Virus record (IMG/VR): IMGVR_UViG_3300019458_000020
Coordinates: 186,001-250,000 of that record
Reading direction: 5' to 3' (one strand)
DNA length: 64,000 bases
Shown here: one piece after another, positions 17,310 through 27,382 of the stretch
How the letters are laid out: the number at the start of each line of letters is the position of its first letter
Numbering within the stretch: position 1 is the first letter of the stretch
The notes under the pieces: model-generated
The model's database searches: none
What the model was told of the DNA's origin: nothing
What the model saw: only the letters and a program-made list of their open reading frames with translations
Made by a program: the position numbers and the translations under genes

Positions 17310-17780
17310 ATGACGAAATCGCGGAAAGTTGTCATCGGTTTGGTAGTCTTCACGGTGTTAGTGTTCATCGTTGAAAAGACATCAGTGAACCGTGTTAGGG
17401 TGTCAGGTGAGAGTATGCTTCCGACTCTTTCACATGGACAAAAGGGATTGTGTAACAAGTTCAGTCTTTACTTTCGGACATCATCGAGGGGCGACATCAT
17501 CATCTATAATGACCCTACTTCCGAAAACACACTAGTAGTCAAACGAGTTATAGGCATCCCCGGTGATTCAATTTTGATTGTCAATGGAAAGGTTTTTCTG
17601 AACGGAAGATTTCTTTCTGAACCATATCTGCCACGTTATACCTATACCTATGGTGATGGTGAATGGTTTTTAGGAAAAAATGAATACTTTGCCCTTGGTG
17701 ACAATCGCAACAACAGTATGGATTGCAGGGATTACGGACCAATTAACATCAAACGGATAAAAGGTTTCTTTGTTCCTTGA
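17310..17780 (+). CDS. lepB: signal peptidase I
   Basis: TM helix, VSGESMLPTL (Ser), VVKRVIG (Lys), GDNRNNSMDCR. Confidence 0.92.
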   Translation: MTKSRKVVIGLVVFTVLVFIVEKTSVNRVRVSGESMLPTLSHGQKGLCNKFSLYFRTSSRGDIIIYNDPTSENTLVVKRVIGIPGDSILIVNGKVFLNGRFLSEPYLPRYTYTYGDGEWFLGKNEYFALGDNRNNSMDCRDYGPINIKRIKGFFVP

Positions 17781-17949
17781 CAATTTTTCAAACAACAGTA
17801 ATTTCCAACTATGTCTAAATACAAATGTATCTATCGTCGGACAGACTTGGACTCGTGACATGATTGGATATAATTTACGATCACGGTCAAATGGAATACT
17901 TTTGGTGAATTTGATTTGACAAACAAAAGAAAACGAATATCATACAAAT

Positions 17950-18189
17950 ATGAATACTACATGGGAAACTACAATTGAAGACGTTGAAAGAGTGTTAGAA
18001 GCTCATGGTCTTGACCAGCTTGATGTTGTCGAAGTTCATGATGAATTGGACAAGGATGCGATTGAAGACGCTGCTCTTTACGGTGATGAGATGGAAGAAC
18101 AGACTTATTACGCCCTTCAGGAAATTGAATTTCAGCTCCGGCAGCAGGGTCACATCACCACCGAAACAACCAAGTTTCCCATCCCATGA
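17950..18189 (+). CDS. small highly acidic protein
   Basis: 79 aa, D/E-rich; promoter upstream. Confidence 0.75.
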   Translation: MNTTWETTIEDVERVLEAHGLDQLDVVEVHDELDKDAIEDAALYGDEMEEQTYYALQEIEFQLRQQGHITTETTKFPIP

Positions 18190-18484
18190 ATCTGAAAACC
18201 AAACTCACGCTGATTTTCGTGGCCTGTGTGTTGATTGCTTACGTAATCGTGGCCAAGTATCTTCCGAAAGGCAAACCGAACTGGATTGGAATATGAATCA
18301 TCCTTTTATCATTGCTCTGGCAATCATCTGGGGATGTGCCACCATTGGTGCCTGTGTAACCAAAAAGCACGAATGTTATCACTCCGCATTTTGGATCAGC
18401 TTTTTGATGGGATTTGGTTACTTCTTGTTCAAGGTTTAAAAAATTAATCCTTGACATTTCTACAAAAAATTGTAGAGTGTGGAC

Positions 18485-18733
18485 ATGAATAACACAATTG
18501 TTAAAGGTTCGGTTGTAAAACACACTGCCAAGTCGGACTTCTCTCGTGCCGGAATCAAAACGGGCGACACGAGATATTACCGAGTGACAGCAACGTTCAA
18601 AAACACCGCCAATATCGGTGGAATCTTCAACGGCATCATCTACTTCAAGAGTGTGCCGTTGACGGAACTCGTTGAGGCCCACGATGAATGGTATGACAAG
18701 TGGCAGCAAAGTGAGACGTATCAATCAATGTAA
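18485..18733 (+). CDS. hypothetical protein
   Basis: ORF after TTGACA promoter, hairpin terminator downstream. Confidence 0.75.
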   Translation: MNNTIVKGSVVKHTAKSDFSRAGIKTGDTRYYRVTATFKNTANIGGIFNGIIYFKSVPLTELVEAHDEWYDKWQQSETYQSM

Positions 18734-18791
18734 AACGAACAGGGGCAAGGATGCCCCTTGACTTCTTTCTAAAACAAAGTGATCTTTTATC

Positions 18792-18866
18792 TGGCCCTTA
18801 ACTTAAAGGTGAAGTAGTGTGCTCATAACACAACGAGTGTAGGTTCGAGTCCTACAGGGCCAACCA
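18792..18866 (+). tRNA. tRNA with CAU anticodon (Ile2 or elongator Met)
   Basis: TGGCCCT/AGGGCCA, loop CT-CAT-AA, GTAGG TTCGAGT CCTAC, CCA. Confidence 0.9.
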
Positions 18867-19575
18867 TTTCATGTAAACCTGCATGCGTTTCAGCATGACA
18901 ATTTTTACATACACAAATACACTTATCCAACTCAACCTTTAACATTTCCCACGAATAGGTTCTAAGATTGGATATGTTGAATTCTTTCTTGGTTGGGTCA
19001 ATATGATGAAAATCCAATGCACCGATGTATTTGTTATATCCACAAATCATACATTTGCCACCTTTGTAATCTACACACTTTTGTTTCCGTTCGGTTTGCT
19101 TTTTTAATGAAATTCTGTTATTACACCGTTTACACCAATAATGAAATTTTCCATTTTTCTTTAGATAGAAATTTTCATTTGTCAATGTCTTTTTTTGATT
19201 ACACTGAGAACAAGTTTTATATCCTTCTTCTATCTCTTTCTTAATTTTTGTTCTTAATATTGTCCATTGTGGATTGGTTTTCAAACCATAAATGTTTAAC
19301 CAATAACGGATAACACATTGGCTACAATTTAGTTCACGGGCCATTTTATGAGTAGAATAATTTTGTCCAATGTATGTTTCTAATTGACATTTTTGAATCT
19401 TTAATGGTTCTCTTTTGTGTATAGTTTTTAACCCTAACTTTCTAAAATGACCCTTTATTGTTGACCAAGGCACCATCATTTCGTTGGCTACTTGTTTTGT
19501 AGTATATCCATTATTGATGAAAGATTGATACTTGTCTTTTAACTCATTAGTTATATTTATGGTAATAACTATCAA
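18823..19575 (-). CDS. HTH + HNH homing endonuclease
   Basis: CMICGY...LDFHHIDP...KCICVCKNCHAETH; 3' end overlaps tRNA antisense. Confidence 0.9.
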   Translation of the reverse strand: MIVITINITNELKDKYQSFINNGYTTKQVANEMMVPWSTIKGHFRKLGLKTIHKREPLKIQKCQLETYIGQNYSTHKMARELNCSQCVIRYWLNIYGLKTNPQWTILRTKIKKEIEEGYKTCSQCNQKKTLTNENFYLKKNGKFHYWCKRCNNRISLKKQTERKQKCVDYKGGKCMICGYNKYIGALDFHHIDPTKKEFNISNLRTYSWEMLKVELDKCICVCKNCHAETHAGLHEMVGPVGLEPTLVVL

Positions 19576-19671
19576 ATTAATGGTTCAAACATCATGATTT
19601 CTGTTGACAACCATATAAAAAAGTGTTAAGATTCGTTTCGTGAAAATTAAATTTATCATAACGGAATACCC

Positions 19672-19860
19672 ATGATGCCGTCAAGTGTTATCAAACGTAA
19701 GCAGAAAATCGCCCAAATGGACCGTGAGACTGCGATGGAATATTTCCGTCCATTGGAACTTGACCAAATCAAATCAATGGAAAGGCGTCATTGTGTGAAG
19801 CCTGGAACCTATACCCGATTTTATCGGATGGTGACTTGCCAAACCGAAGATTCGCAGTAA
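19672..19860 (+). CDS. hypothetical protein
   Basis: ORF track. Confidence 0.6.
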   Translation: MMPSSVIKRKQKIAQMDRETAMEYFRPLELDQIKSMERRHCVKPGTYTRFYRMVTCQTEDSQ

Positions 19861-19869
19861 AGTTTTTAT

Positions 19870-20229
19870 ATGAACATGTCATCATTTTTAACACCGGCGG
19901 GGCCAAAGGCTCCGGTTAATAAATTCTGGTTTACACTTGGCGTTTTACTTGCCATTGTAGTCGTCGTTGGTTCGTTATATCTCGGACTTTGGCTCTGCCT
20001 GATTGGTGGAATCGTTCAAGTCGTTGAAGCTTGTAAGTCGAATCCTGTTTCTTCGATGGGTATTGCCTTGGGATTTCTTCGATTCATCGCAACGGGAATC
20101 GTCAGTTGGGGCAGCTTTTTCATTGGTTGTGGATTAACCAGTTGGTGTTTCGGACGTGCGTATGCTGCCAGAAACAAGCAGAAGCTAGACCATCTGAATA
20201 AAGTTCAAAATGAATTTTTCGGAAAGTGA
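19870..20229 (+). CDS. two-TM membrane protein
   Basis: hydrophobic segments. Confidence 0.75.
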   Translation: MNMSSFLTPAGPKAPVNKFWFTLGVLLAIVVVVGSLYLGLWLCLIGGIVQVVEACKSNPVSSMGIALGFLRFIATGIVSWGSFFIGCGLTSWCFGRAYAARNKQKLDHLNKVQNEFFGK

Positions 20230-20419
20230 CGATTTGCGTAGGCTGTTCGCCGAAGGCAAACCAGTGGTGACATACGAAGAGGTTGAACAATGCGGCCTGG
20301 CCTATATTAAAGACGTTGACGTAGGGCCAGAATATGCCTTTGAACTGGCTTCCAACGACTACGCTCCTGATTATGGTTATGTGGATAATGGTTGTGAACA
20401 ATTTGTGAAAGTCGCTTGA
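20210..20419 (+). CDS. hypothetical protein
   Basis: ORF track. Confidence 0.6.
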   Translation: MNFSESDDLRRLFAEGKPVVTYEEVEQCGLAYIKDVDVGPEYAFELASNDYAPDYGYVDNGCEQFVKVA

Positions 20420-20449
20420 CAATCTAAATTGTTTTGATATATTCTCGCC

Positions 20450-20674
20450 ATGATTAGTTTCAAAAATGATACCGAACTGACGCTCGTTACTTCTTTTGAC
20501 GAGAAAACCGACACCATTACCGGCGAAGAGACGGAAACGTTTAAGGCCGGCGAACCTGTTGACGCTGATATTATCGACGAAAACGAAACTAAAGGTGAAA
20601 TGTTCGTTGACTTGCAGTTTGGTGACGGATCTGTTGCCTTTGGTGTTCAACGCGAATGCTTTGATGTCCTATGA
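20450..20674 (+). CDS. small acidic protein
   Basis: leaderless promoter TTGACA..TATATT-N6-ATG. Confidence 0.75.
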   Translation: MISFKNDTELTLVTSFDEKTDTITGEETETFKAGEPVDADIIDENETKGEMFVDLQFGDGSVAFGVQRECFDVL

Positions 20675-21183
20675 TTCAACTAGAAGCACAATTCACGTCT
20701 GGCGTTGACGGGTTCTCCGCTAACCCTCTTACCTATACACAACTCGCCAGAACGCAACGGGCCGCAATCTATGAACGTTCCCGTGATGGTAAGCCAAAGG
20801 ATTACGAAGTCTTTATCATCAAAGTTGACCTGAAGGGAAAACAAATCTTTCAGCAAGTTCTGGAGGATGACCGGGAACGATATCCAACGGCAAGCCAGTT
20901 CGGATTCATTGCATGGTCTTTCAACAACAAAGACGTTGCCTTTGAACGGTTTAAGGAGTTAAACGAAGAATTGAATGCTCCTGAAGAATCCAAAGTCGAA
21001 AAAATCATTGTCATTCCTTCTGGTGAGTTTAGTGTGGCTCAACTTGCTGACCATAACAAGGTTTCCTATATAGAAGCCTCTGCTTTTGTCAAGGAAAATC
21101 TTGATAAAACCATCAAGTTCGTTCGCCAATTCAAGAAAGAGGGACAACGTGGAAAGCCGGCGAACTTCTACACGAAAATATAA
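20671..21183 (+). CDS. hypothetical protein with C-terminal winged-HTH-like domain
   Basis: IPSGEFSVAQLA...GQRGKPANFY. Confidence 0.7.
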   Translation: MIQLEAQFTSGVDGFSANPLTYTQLARTQRAAIYERSRDGKPKDYEVFIIKVDLKGKQIFQQVLEDDRERYPTASQFGFIAWSFNNKDVAFERFKELNEELNAPEESKVEKIIVIPSGEFSVAQLADHNKVSYIEASAFVKENLDKTIKFVRQFKKEGQRGKPANFYTKI

Positions 21184-21279
21184 AAACGATTTGACATTCT
21201 GAAAAGAATGTTGTAACTTGAATCTCGGTCGAAAGACTGTTGACAAAATCTCTTAATAAGAGATCACATAGACAGTGAA

Positions 21280-21350
21280 GATTCTGATAGTTTAGTTAGA
21301 AGAACACTGCCGTTGAGGCGGGGGCACGGGTGCAATTCCCGTTCAGATCA
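21280..21350 (+). tRNA. degenerate tRNA-like element (possible Gln UUG pseudo-tRNA)
   Basis: GATTCTGA/TCAGATC, CTGCC GTTGA GGCGG, ACGGG TGCAATT CCCGT; no CCA. Confidence 0.5.
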
Positions 21351-21404
21351 AGTAACTGGAACCACTTGAGCGTAGGCTCCGTGAAATCGTGTTCATTCAA
21401 AGAA

Positions 21405-21505
21405 GCCGGGAGCAGAGATGGTCAAATGGTTCGGACAGCCAGTGCCGAACCAATTTGGGCGAACCTCTCACCTTTAGTTTCGCCGCTAAGGGAAAAGCTC
21501 CCGGC
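21405..21505 (+). ncRNA. unassigned structured RNA (~100 nt)
   Basis: GCCGGGAGC/GCTCCCGGC closing stem; TGGTTCGG/CCGAACCA and CCTTTAG/CTAAGG inner hairpins. Confidence 0.55.
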
Positions 21506-21702
21506 ACATTTTTCTTGACAATCTGTTTTGATTTGGTATAATTATATCAAATGAAGAACGTGATGAAAACTCAGATGGAAGTCTATAAATCCATCCGTAA
21601 GCCCTTCGCTCCCTCTGTTAAGGTTGAGCGTCCGAACAAGGGTGCTGGTTATCGTCGTCACCGTGGAAACTGGCAGAAATGGGTTGACAACGAGTAAATC
21701 GG

Positions 21703-21903
21703 TTGTATAATAACCACCAAATGAAACTTCGAGCAACGGTAATGTATAACGAAGGCAGAGGCCACTGGCAGGCAGTTTTGCGTGGTGGAACGGCTTTCAA
21801 CATTCCAGATGGTCAAGCTGATTTTCTCCGTCATGGTGACGAGATTTATATTAGCATTCATGCCAATTATACCGATTGTGACGTAGTAAAGAAGGCAGCA
21901 TGA
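21703..21903 (+). CDS. hypothetical protein
   Basis: ORF track. Confidence 0.6.
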   Translation: MYNNHQMKLRATVMYNEGRGHWQAVLRGGTAFNIPDGQADFLRHGDEIYISIHANYTDCDVVKKAA

Positions 21904-22220
21904 ACTGGACTAAAGAACAAATTTTGGAAATCTTTGAAAAGGATGAACTTCTGCATCCTTCTCCGGAAATAGATCCGGATGACCTTATGAATTTGCACCT
22001 TGACCTTGCTGAATTGATTCTAAAAGGTTATGCGGAACTTTTCTTCGATGACAACAATAGGCCAATGGTTAGAGCAACGGCCAAAGCATATCAAAAGGAT
22101 ATGATTTCGATTCCGCTTAGACGGGATCATTCTGCTGCTTTCTTTTTCACGGAGATAGTAAAGAAAACCATTCCTATTCAAATTCCTCTCTTGACATTCA
22201 CTCCTGAAATGTTAAATTAA
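21900..22220 (+). CDS. hypothetical protein
   Basis: ATGA overlap. Confidence 0.7.
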   Translation: MNWTKEQILEIFEKDELLHPSPEIDPDDLMNLHLDLAELILKGYAELFFDDNNRPMVRATAKAYQKDMISIPLRRDHSAAFFFTEIVKKTIPIQIPLLTFTPEMLN

Positions 22221-22225
22221 TTTAA

Positions 22226-22756
22226 ATGTTATCGACAAACGTTCAGACGGAAGAAGAGAGAATTTACCATGTTGTTTATGGATTCGCATACCATGCTCAT
22301 CAAAGCCGGGCATTGACTCCTGAAAAACGTTTCCGTAAAAATGGCCGAGGACAGAATTCTGAAATTCTTTACATTACCCATCCAGTTGCTGTCAAGGATG
22401 ATGCCATTCATCGGGCAAATGACTACTATCCTGCTGGTTCTCGAAACGTGTTCCTGATCAGTTTGGTTGCGATTCTCCATGATGTGCTAGAAGACACCGC
22501 CGTAACCAAGAATGAATTACAAACATTTTTGATGGAGTTGCTTCCTTTCGCTGATGCAGTCAAGGTGATGGATGCTGTTTTACTTCTCACCAAAGACGGA
22601 AATAACTTCAATATCATCACTTATCTTCATGGGATTCGATTGAATCCCTTCGCTACTATCGTCAAGTTGTCTGATCTTGACCATAACATGAGTGATTTGA
22701 AACCTGGTAATTTGCTTGACAAATACAAGCTCTGCCACTATTTTCTCACTCAATGA
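22226..22756 (+). CDS. HD-domain (p)ppGpp hydrolase-like protein (small alarmone hydrolase type)
   Basis: AH...R...YITHPVAV, AILHDVLEDT, VKLSDLDHN. Confidence 0.8.
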   Translation: MLSTNVQTEEERIYHVVYGFAYHAHQSRALTPEKRFRKNGRGQNSEILYITHPVAVKDDAIHRANDYYPAGSRNVFLISLVAILHDVLEDTAVTKNELQTFLMELLPFADAVKVMDAVLLLTKDGNNFNIITYLHGIRLNPFATIVKLSDLDHNMSDLKPGNLLDKYKLCHYFLTQ

Positions 22757-23028
22757 AATTCGTGTTTAGATACCGAAGTGGTCCAGATTGGATGACTCAA
22801 AAGGCGGCTAGCCGGGATTTTGCCGATAAATCCAGTGCCGAAGCTTTTGCTGATGGATTACGACTCGGGGGTGCTGGTAATGTGTCTTACGAAGAAGACG
22901 CGGGGGGTACCCCCACTCCATTACCTCGTAAGGGTAGAGGCCAATATTTTTGTGTTGTGTGTAATGAAAATCCAGTAAACCCACACGAAGGATTTGACAC
23001 CTGTTCAAACTGTGTCAATAAAACGTAA
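22753..23028 (+). CDS. hypothetical Zn-finger protein containing a palindrome repeat copy
   Basis: CVVC...CSNC; GGGGGGTACCCCC at 22902-22914. Confidence 0.65.
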   Translation: MKFVFRYRSGPDWMTQKAASRDFADKSSAEAFADGLRLGGAGNVSYEEDAGGTPTPLPRKGRGQYFCVVCNENPVNPHEGFDTCSNCVNKT

Positions 23029-23031
23029 GTT

Positions 23032-23325
23032 TTAATCGTTTGTCTGTATAGTGTATATTAGAAGGAATGTTCTTTTCTTTTTTATACTCTCTAATAAATC
23101 TACTTCAAATTCAAAATTTTCTTCTCCGTATTTGTTCCATGATTTTTGTAAATAATCATTATCATGTCTATTGGCTTTCAAATCGTTTTTATGTTCGGAC
23201 CATCTTCCTTTTATATCATTAGAACTACCAATGTAGTATTTTCCATTAACTTTGTTAATGATTTTATAGATTCCAGATTTTTTTATTGACAGTGTATCAT
23301 TCATGTAGTACATGTATAATGACAA
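23032..23325 (-). pseudogene. truncated GIY-YIG homing endonuclease
   Basis: SGIYKIINKVNGKYYIGSS...HDNDYLQKSWNKYGEENFEFE then abrupt end. Confidence 0.75.
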
Positions 23326-23527
23326 AGTAGAAACATGTATAAATAACGAGAAAATATGGGAAAAAGCTGGCGAGAAAATCCGTCAAAGTGGAAACACAAA
23401 ATCAAACACAACAAGCCGGGTAAGTTCAAGGGCGGAAAACCCCGTCATGATGACAATGGTAACGGAGATAAAAAGTATTCTCCATTTGATGACTCACAAG
23501 GTTATCATTCATCGGTTAATTTTTAAA

Positions 23528-23616
23528 GGGCGTGTGGCGAAGCTGGTTGAACCGCGGCAGACTTAAAATCTGCTACTTAGGAAACATCGGGGGTTCGATT
23601 CCCTCCACGCCTACCA
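23528..23616 (+). tRNA. tRNA-Leu(UAA)
   Basis: GGGCGTG/CACGCCT, loop CT-TAA-AA, long variable arm, CCA. Confidence 0.95.
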
Positions 23617-24358
23617 TTTTAGGGTCATGTCTTCGGGACCAAATATTTATCTTCTTGACATCAATACCATTTCTAAGTGCGTGTTTTTTAACACTACTAG
23701 CAGATACTTTTAATTTTCTAGCAACTTCTGATATGGGATTGTTGGATAATAGAGAAATCATTTCTTCATTTGAAGGCCATTTGATTTTTATCTTGAAAAC
23801 ATTTCCAACAGATGAATAACGGCTTCTTATGGTTTCTATTCTTTTTTGTTGTTCTTCATAAATTTTCGATTGTAGGAAATGAATTCCACGTTTTTCAATC
23901 AAATCATTGATTCGGTAGTAGTTTCCCCCATAACCAACAAGTCCACATTTTAATAATGCTTCTCTTCGTGTATAAGATGATTCTATGGATATTATCAATT
24001 CTTCATCCGTGACGTAATGGCCTTTCTTTTGTTTTTTTCTAGCTCTATAATTTGGAGTCAATGCATGACAATTACAACAAAAAAGTTTAAGATTTTCCAA
24101 TTCATTATTTTTTCTATTGCCATCGACATGATGTAATTCTAACGGAATTGATTCATTTTTCCATTTTGTCAACTGGCAACCTTCACATCGATGTTCTTTT
24201 ACACCATCTTTTATTAGTTTAAGTTTTAATCTAAAAGTTGTCATGGTTATACATATACAACAAGTGTGAGTTCTAGTTAATTTAATTCTTGACTCTCTTT
24301 GAAAATCTGATACTCTCATCCTATGATTGAAGTTCCACGACTTCCACGGATTACTCAT
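23573..24358 (-). CDS. HNH homing endonuclease
   Basis: CEGC...LELHHVDGNRKNNELENLKLFCCNCH; 3' end overlaps tRNA-Leu antisense. Confidence 0.9.
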   Translation of the reverse strand: MSNPWKSWNFNHRMRVSDFQRESRIKLTRTHTCCICITMTTFRLKLKLIKDGVKEHRCEGCQLTKWKNESIPLELHHVDGNRKNNELENLKLFCCNCHALTPNYRARKKQKKGHYVTDEELIISIESSYTRREALLKCGLVGYGGNYYRINDLIEKRGIHFLQSKIYEEQQKRIETIRSRYSSVGNVFKIKIKWPSNEEMISLLSNNPISEVARKLKVSASSVKKHALRNGIDVKKINIWSRRHDPKMVGVEGIEPPMFPK

Positions 24359-24841
24359 GTAACCAACAAGATTGAAAAATATTTGTTGGATTTATTTGAA
24401 GCCGAACCGGATACAGCTTACCATCAAAAAGAATTATTGACGATGGTTAGAATGGAATACTCCGATGAATTCGGATGGGAATTGGAAGCACACGTTTCTC
24501 GTGCCTTGGATAAACACCACTGTAACAACGATATCAAACGTGTAGCACCTGCGACATTTGAATCTGTATATGGTCCTGATGACGTGTATAGTGAAAGGGA
24601 AACGGGCCACATGCCTCTCGGAGAAACCGCCCAACGTCCCTTCAACGTTCATTTGAGGGAACAACAGAACAAGTTTCGGAGTCAGAAAGAATTCAACGAG
24701 GCCGTTCGCAAGACAGAAAGTTCGGTTAGTATCCTTCGAGACAACAAGATGACCGATCAACAAATATCCGATTCTTTGATTCAAGCCGGTTTCAATCATT
24801 TGATTGTGAAAAAGGTTCTCCGTAACAAGAAAAACGGTTGA
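24323..24841 (+). CDS. hypothetical protein
   Basis: 172 aa ORF. Confidence 0.75.
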   Translation: MIEVPRLPRITHVTNKIEKYLLDLFEAEPDTAYHQKELLTMVRMEYSDEFGWELEAHVSRALDKHHCNNDIKRVAPATFESVYGPDDVYSERETGHMPLGETAQRPFNVHLREQQNKFRSQKEFNEAVRKTESSVSILRDNKMTDQQISDSLIQAGFNHLIVKKVLRNKKNG

Positions 24842-25049
24842 CAATCTATAAAAACATTGACCAGTCAAGACACAACAAAAACATTCCGATTCAATGTTGG
24901 TCTTAACATAAATTCGTGAAACAACTTCTTTCAGACATGGAAAAGTTCATTGCCTACAAAGGGTTAGGCAATCTTCTTTCCACAGACGAGGGTAGGGAAT
25001 TTCTCATAAATTACTTGACTATCAAAGAAATAAGTGATACGGTTTCGAC

Positions 25050-26144
25050 ATGAAAATTGATTTGGCTTCGATTGACCGTGAACAATTCATGGTTCACGAA
25101 CACATTCTTTTTGGGGAAGTCGTGTATCTCGTCCAACCACAACATATTGGTTGTAAGTGGACACAGGCCAATAAACATCTCCGGTCTGCTGTCTTCAATT
25201 CTGAAGGTGAACTGATTTCAATGGGTTTTCCCAAATTCACAAACTGGAGCGAAAACCCGGACAACTTCCCTGTTCCTACTTCTCTGAATGGTTGTAAGGT
25301 TATGGAGAAGCTTGATGGTTCTCTTTTGATTGTTTCCAAATACAAGGGTCAATTCATCCTTCGTACTCGTGGCACCATTAATGCCGAAAACCTTGACAAC
25401 GGCCATGAACTGGCTTTGTTGAAACAGAAGTATCCAGAAATCTTTAAGTTTCAATCTTGTGGAATGGAAACTTGGCCGTTTTCTCTTTTGTTTGAATGGG
25501 TTTCTCCTATTAATCGAATTGTTTTGAGTTACGGCGATGAAGCGGATTTCATTTTGGTTGGTGGTATCTACCATGACAAATGCATTCTTTGGGACCAAGA
25601 GTGGTTAGACGCAATGGCCAAGGGTTTTGGTTGTAAACGTCCGATTACATATAACTTTCCTTCTGTAGATGACTTAATTGCCAATGTTGACCAGTGGAAA
25701 GGCAAAGAGGGAGTTGTTATCTATTCCAAAGACGGTCAAGCTCTCCATAAAGTTAAATCGGCTTGGTATCTCGTTTTACATAGAATGAAGGAATCCTTAT
25801 CATCCATTGATAAAGTTGTGGATGTTTGGTTTGTTCAGGGGAAATTACCATATCAAGAATTTGAAGAATATATTACATCGACTTTTGATTGGGAATTGTG
25901 GAATCAAATTCGGGGAGAAGTTAGCCAAATTTGTGATGGTTGGAAAGAAGTTCAACGAATAGTTCAAGGTATGAAATCGTTCGTTGAACCGCTAAATACC
26001 TGGTCAAGAAAAGATGCAGCAAAAAAGATTATTGATTCATACGGAATCACTAATCGAAGTTCCTTTTGTTTTCAATTGTTAGATGGAAAAGAATTATGTG
26101 ACGATGCTCTAAAAAAACTTTTGTGGCAAGTTCTCAAAAAGTAA
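25050..26144 (+). CDS. RNA ligase, T4 Rnl1-like
   Basis: GFPKFTNW, motif I EKLDGSL, LLFEWV, KEGVVI, KVKSAWY. Confidence 0.85.
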   Translation: MKIDLASIDREQFMVHEHILFGEVVYLVQPQHIGCKWTQANKHLRSAVFNSEGELISMGFPKFTNWSENPDNFPVPTSLNGCKVMEKLDGSLLIVSKYKGQFILRTRGTINAENLDNGHELALLKQKYPEIFKFQSCGMETWPFSLLFEWVSPINRIVLSYGDEADFILVGGIYHDKCILWDQEWLDAMAKGFGCKRPITYNFPSVDDLIANVDQWKGKEGVVIYSKDGQALHKVKSAWYLVLHRMKESLSSIDKVVDVWFVQGKLPYQEFEEYITSTFDWELWNQIRGEVSQICDGWKEVQRIVQGMKSFVEPLNTWSRKDAAKKIIDSYGITNRSSFCFQLLDGKELCDDALKKLLWQVLKK

Positions 26145-26524
26145 TTTGAGTTGGTTCATTTTTTAGTATTTGAAACAAAACACAAAGCATCGGATGGAAC
26201 GGCATCATTTGATAGAATTGACTCAAGTGAAGGTTATGTAAAGGGGTAAGTATTGGTCTTCCAGCCGTGGACATTGTGACAAGTATGGATGTCCCGAAGA
26301 ACCTGATACTTCAGCCGAAATCGAAATCCAATCTTCTAAGAACAAGGAAACGGGTGAAGATGTGGAATTGACCGAATCCGAACAAGATGAAGTCATTCAA
26401 AAGGGATTTGAACAAATTTGGTGATATGGAAGCCGATTATCCCGAACCTGACTTTTGTTCTCCTAAAGGGGAAACATGGAAATAATTTGTTGACAGTCTT
26501 GACCTTTAAGATTAAAATAACATC

Positions 26525-26740
26525 ATGAACCGAATTAAGATTCTCGTCTTAAACAAGAAAGCGGAAGTGTTCAATTCTTTTGTTGACATTGATGCTGCCG
26601 TTGGTTTTCTTCTCCGAACAGGATACCTCAATAACAAAACCGTCATTCTTCAACGTGGCGACAAAGCCCGTGTGTTTGAAACCATTACGGATGTCTTGGA
26701 CCTTCAAAAGCAGTTAAGGGAACTTTCTACTACTCTGTGA
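26525..26740 (+). CDS. hypothetical protein
   Basis: ORF after promoter. Confidence 0.7.
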   Translation: MNRIKILVLNKKAEVFNSFVDIDAAVGFLLRTGYLNNKTVILQRGDKARVFETITDVLDLQKQLRELSTTL

Positions 26741-26959
26741 AAGGTTTATTGATACTTCTGTCATTGATTATTGTCCCAATAGGCATTATCTTTTCATTGA
26801 ATGAACTTTTTGCAGAAAGTCTTTTCACTGACCCAATTCCATACAATTTTTACACATGATTTGCAATCATGTTTATTGGTGTAGTTGTTAGATTGTTAAT
26901 AACACCGGTTGTTATTAATAGTCAACTCATTATTCCACCATATCCAGAAGAAAAGAAAG

Positions 26960-27382
26960 ATGAGTTACCGAAAACAGAAACTTAGACTTTTTAATCTAAA
27001 CCCGAATTGTTATTGGTGTGGATGCCTCACGATAAATACCAACGAACAATCAATAAAGGGAAGGCCAAATCCAAAGATGGCCACGATTGATCATCTTATC
27101 TCAAGATATGACCCCAGACGTTGGCTTCGCACACCAACTAATGAACAAAAAAAAGTCTTGGCATGTTTTGAGTGCAACCAACGGCGTCAAAGAGAAGAAA
27201 CAGCAAATTTATCTAAAACAGAAAAATTGGCCCGTTCTCTTGGTATTGTCTTCAAACCAAAAAATAATCTTCCAACAACATTAGAAAAACTCAAAGAGCT
27301 TTATGCCGAACAAGGGTTTGAACTGGATATAAATAATGGACAACCAAAAGCCATTATAGTAATGTCTATTGATGAAATGTAA
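26960..27382 (+). CDS. HNH endonuclease
   Basis: CYWCG...ATIDHLISR...LACFECNQRR. Confidence 0.8.
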   Translation: MSYRKQKLRLFNLNPNCYWCGCLTINTNEQSIKGRPNPKMATIDHLISRYDPRRWLRTPTNEQKKVLACFECNQRRQREETANLSKTEKLARSLGIVFKPKNNLPTTLEKLKELYAEQGFELDINNGQPKAIIVMSIDEM

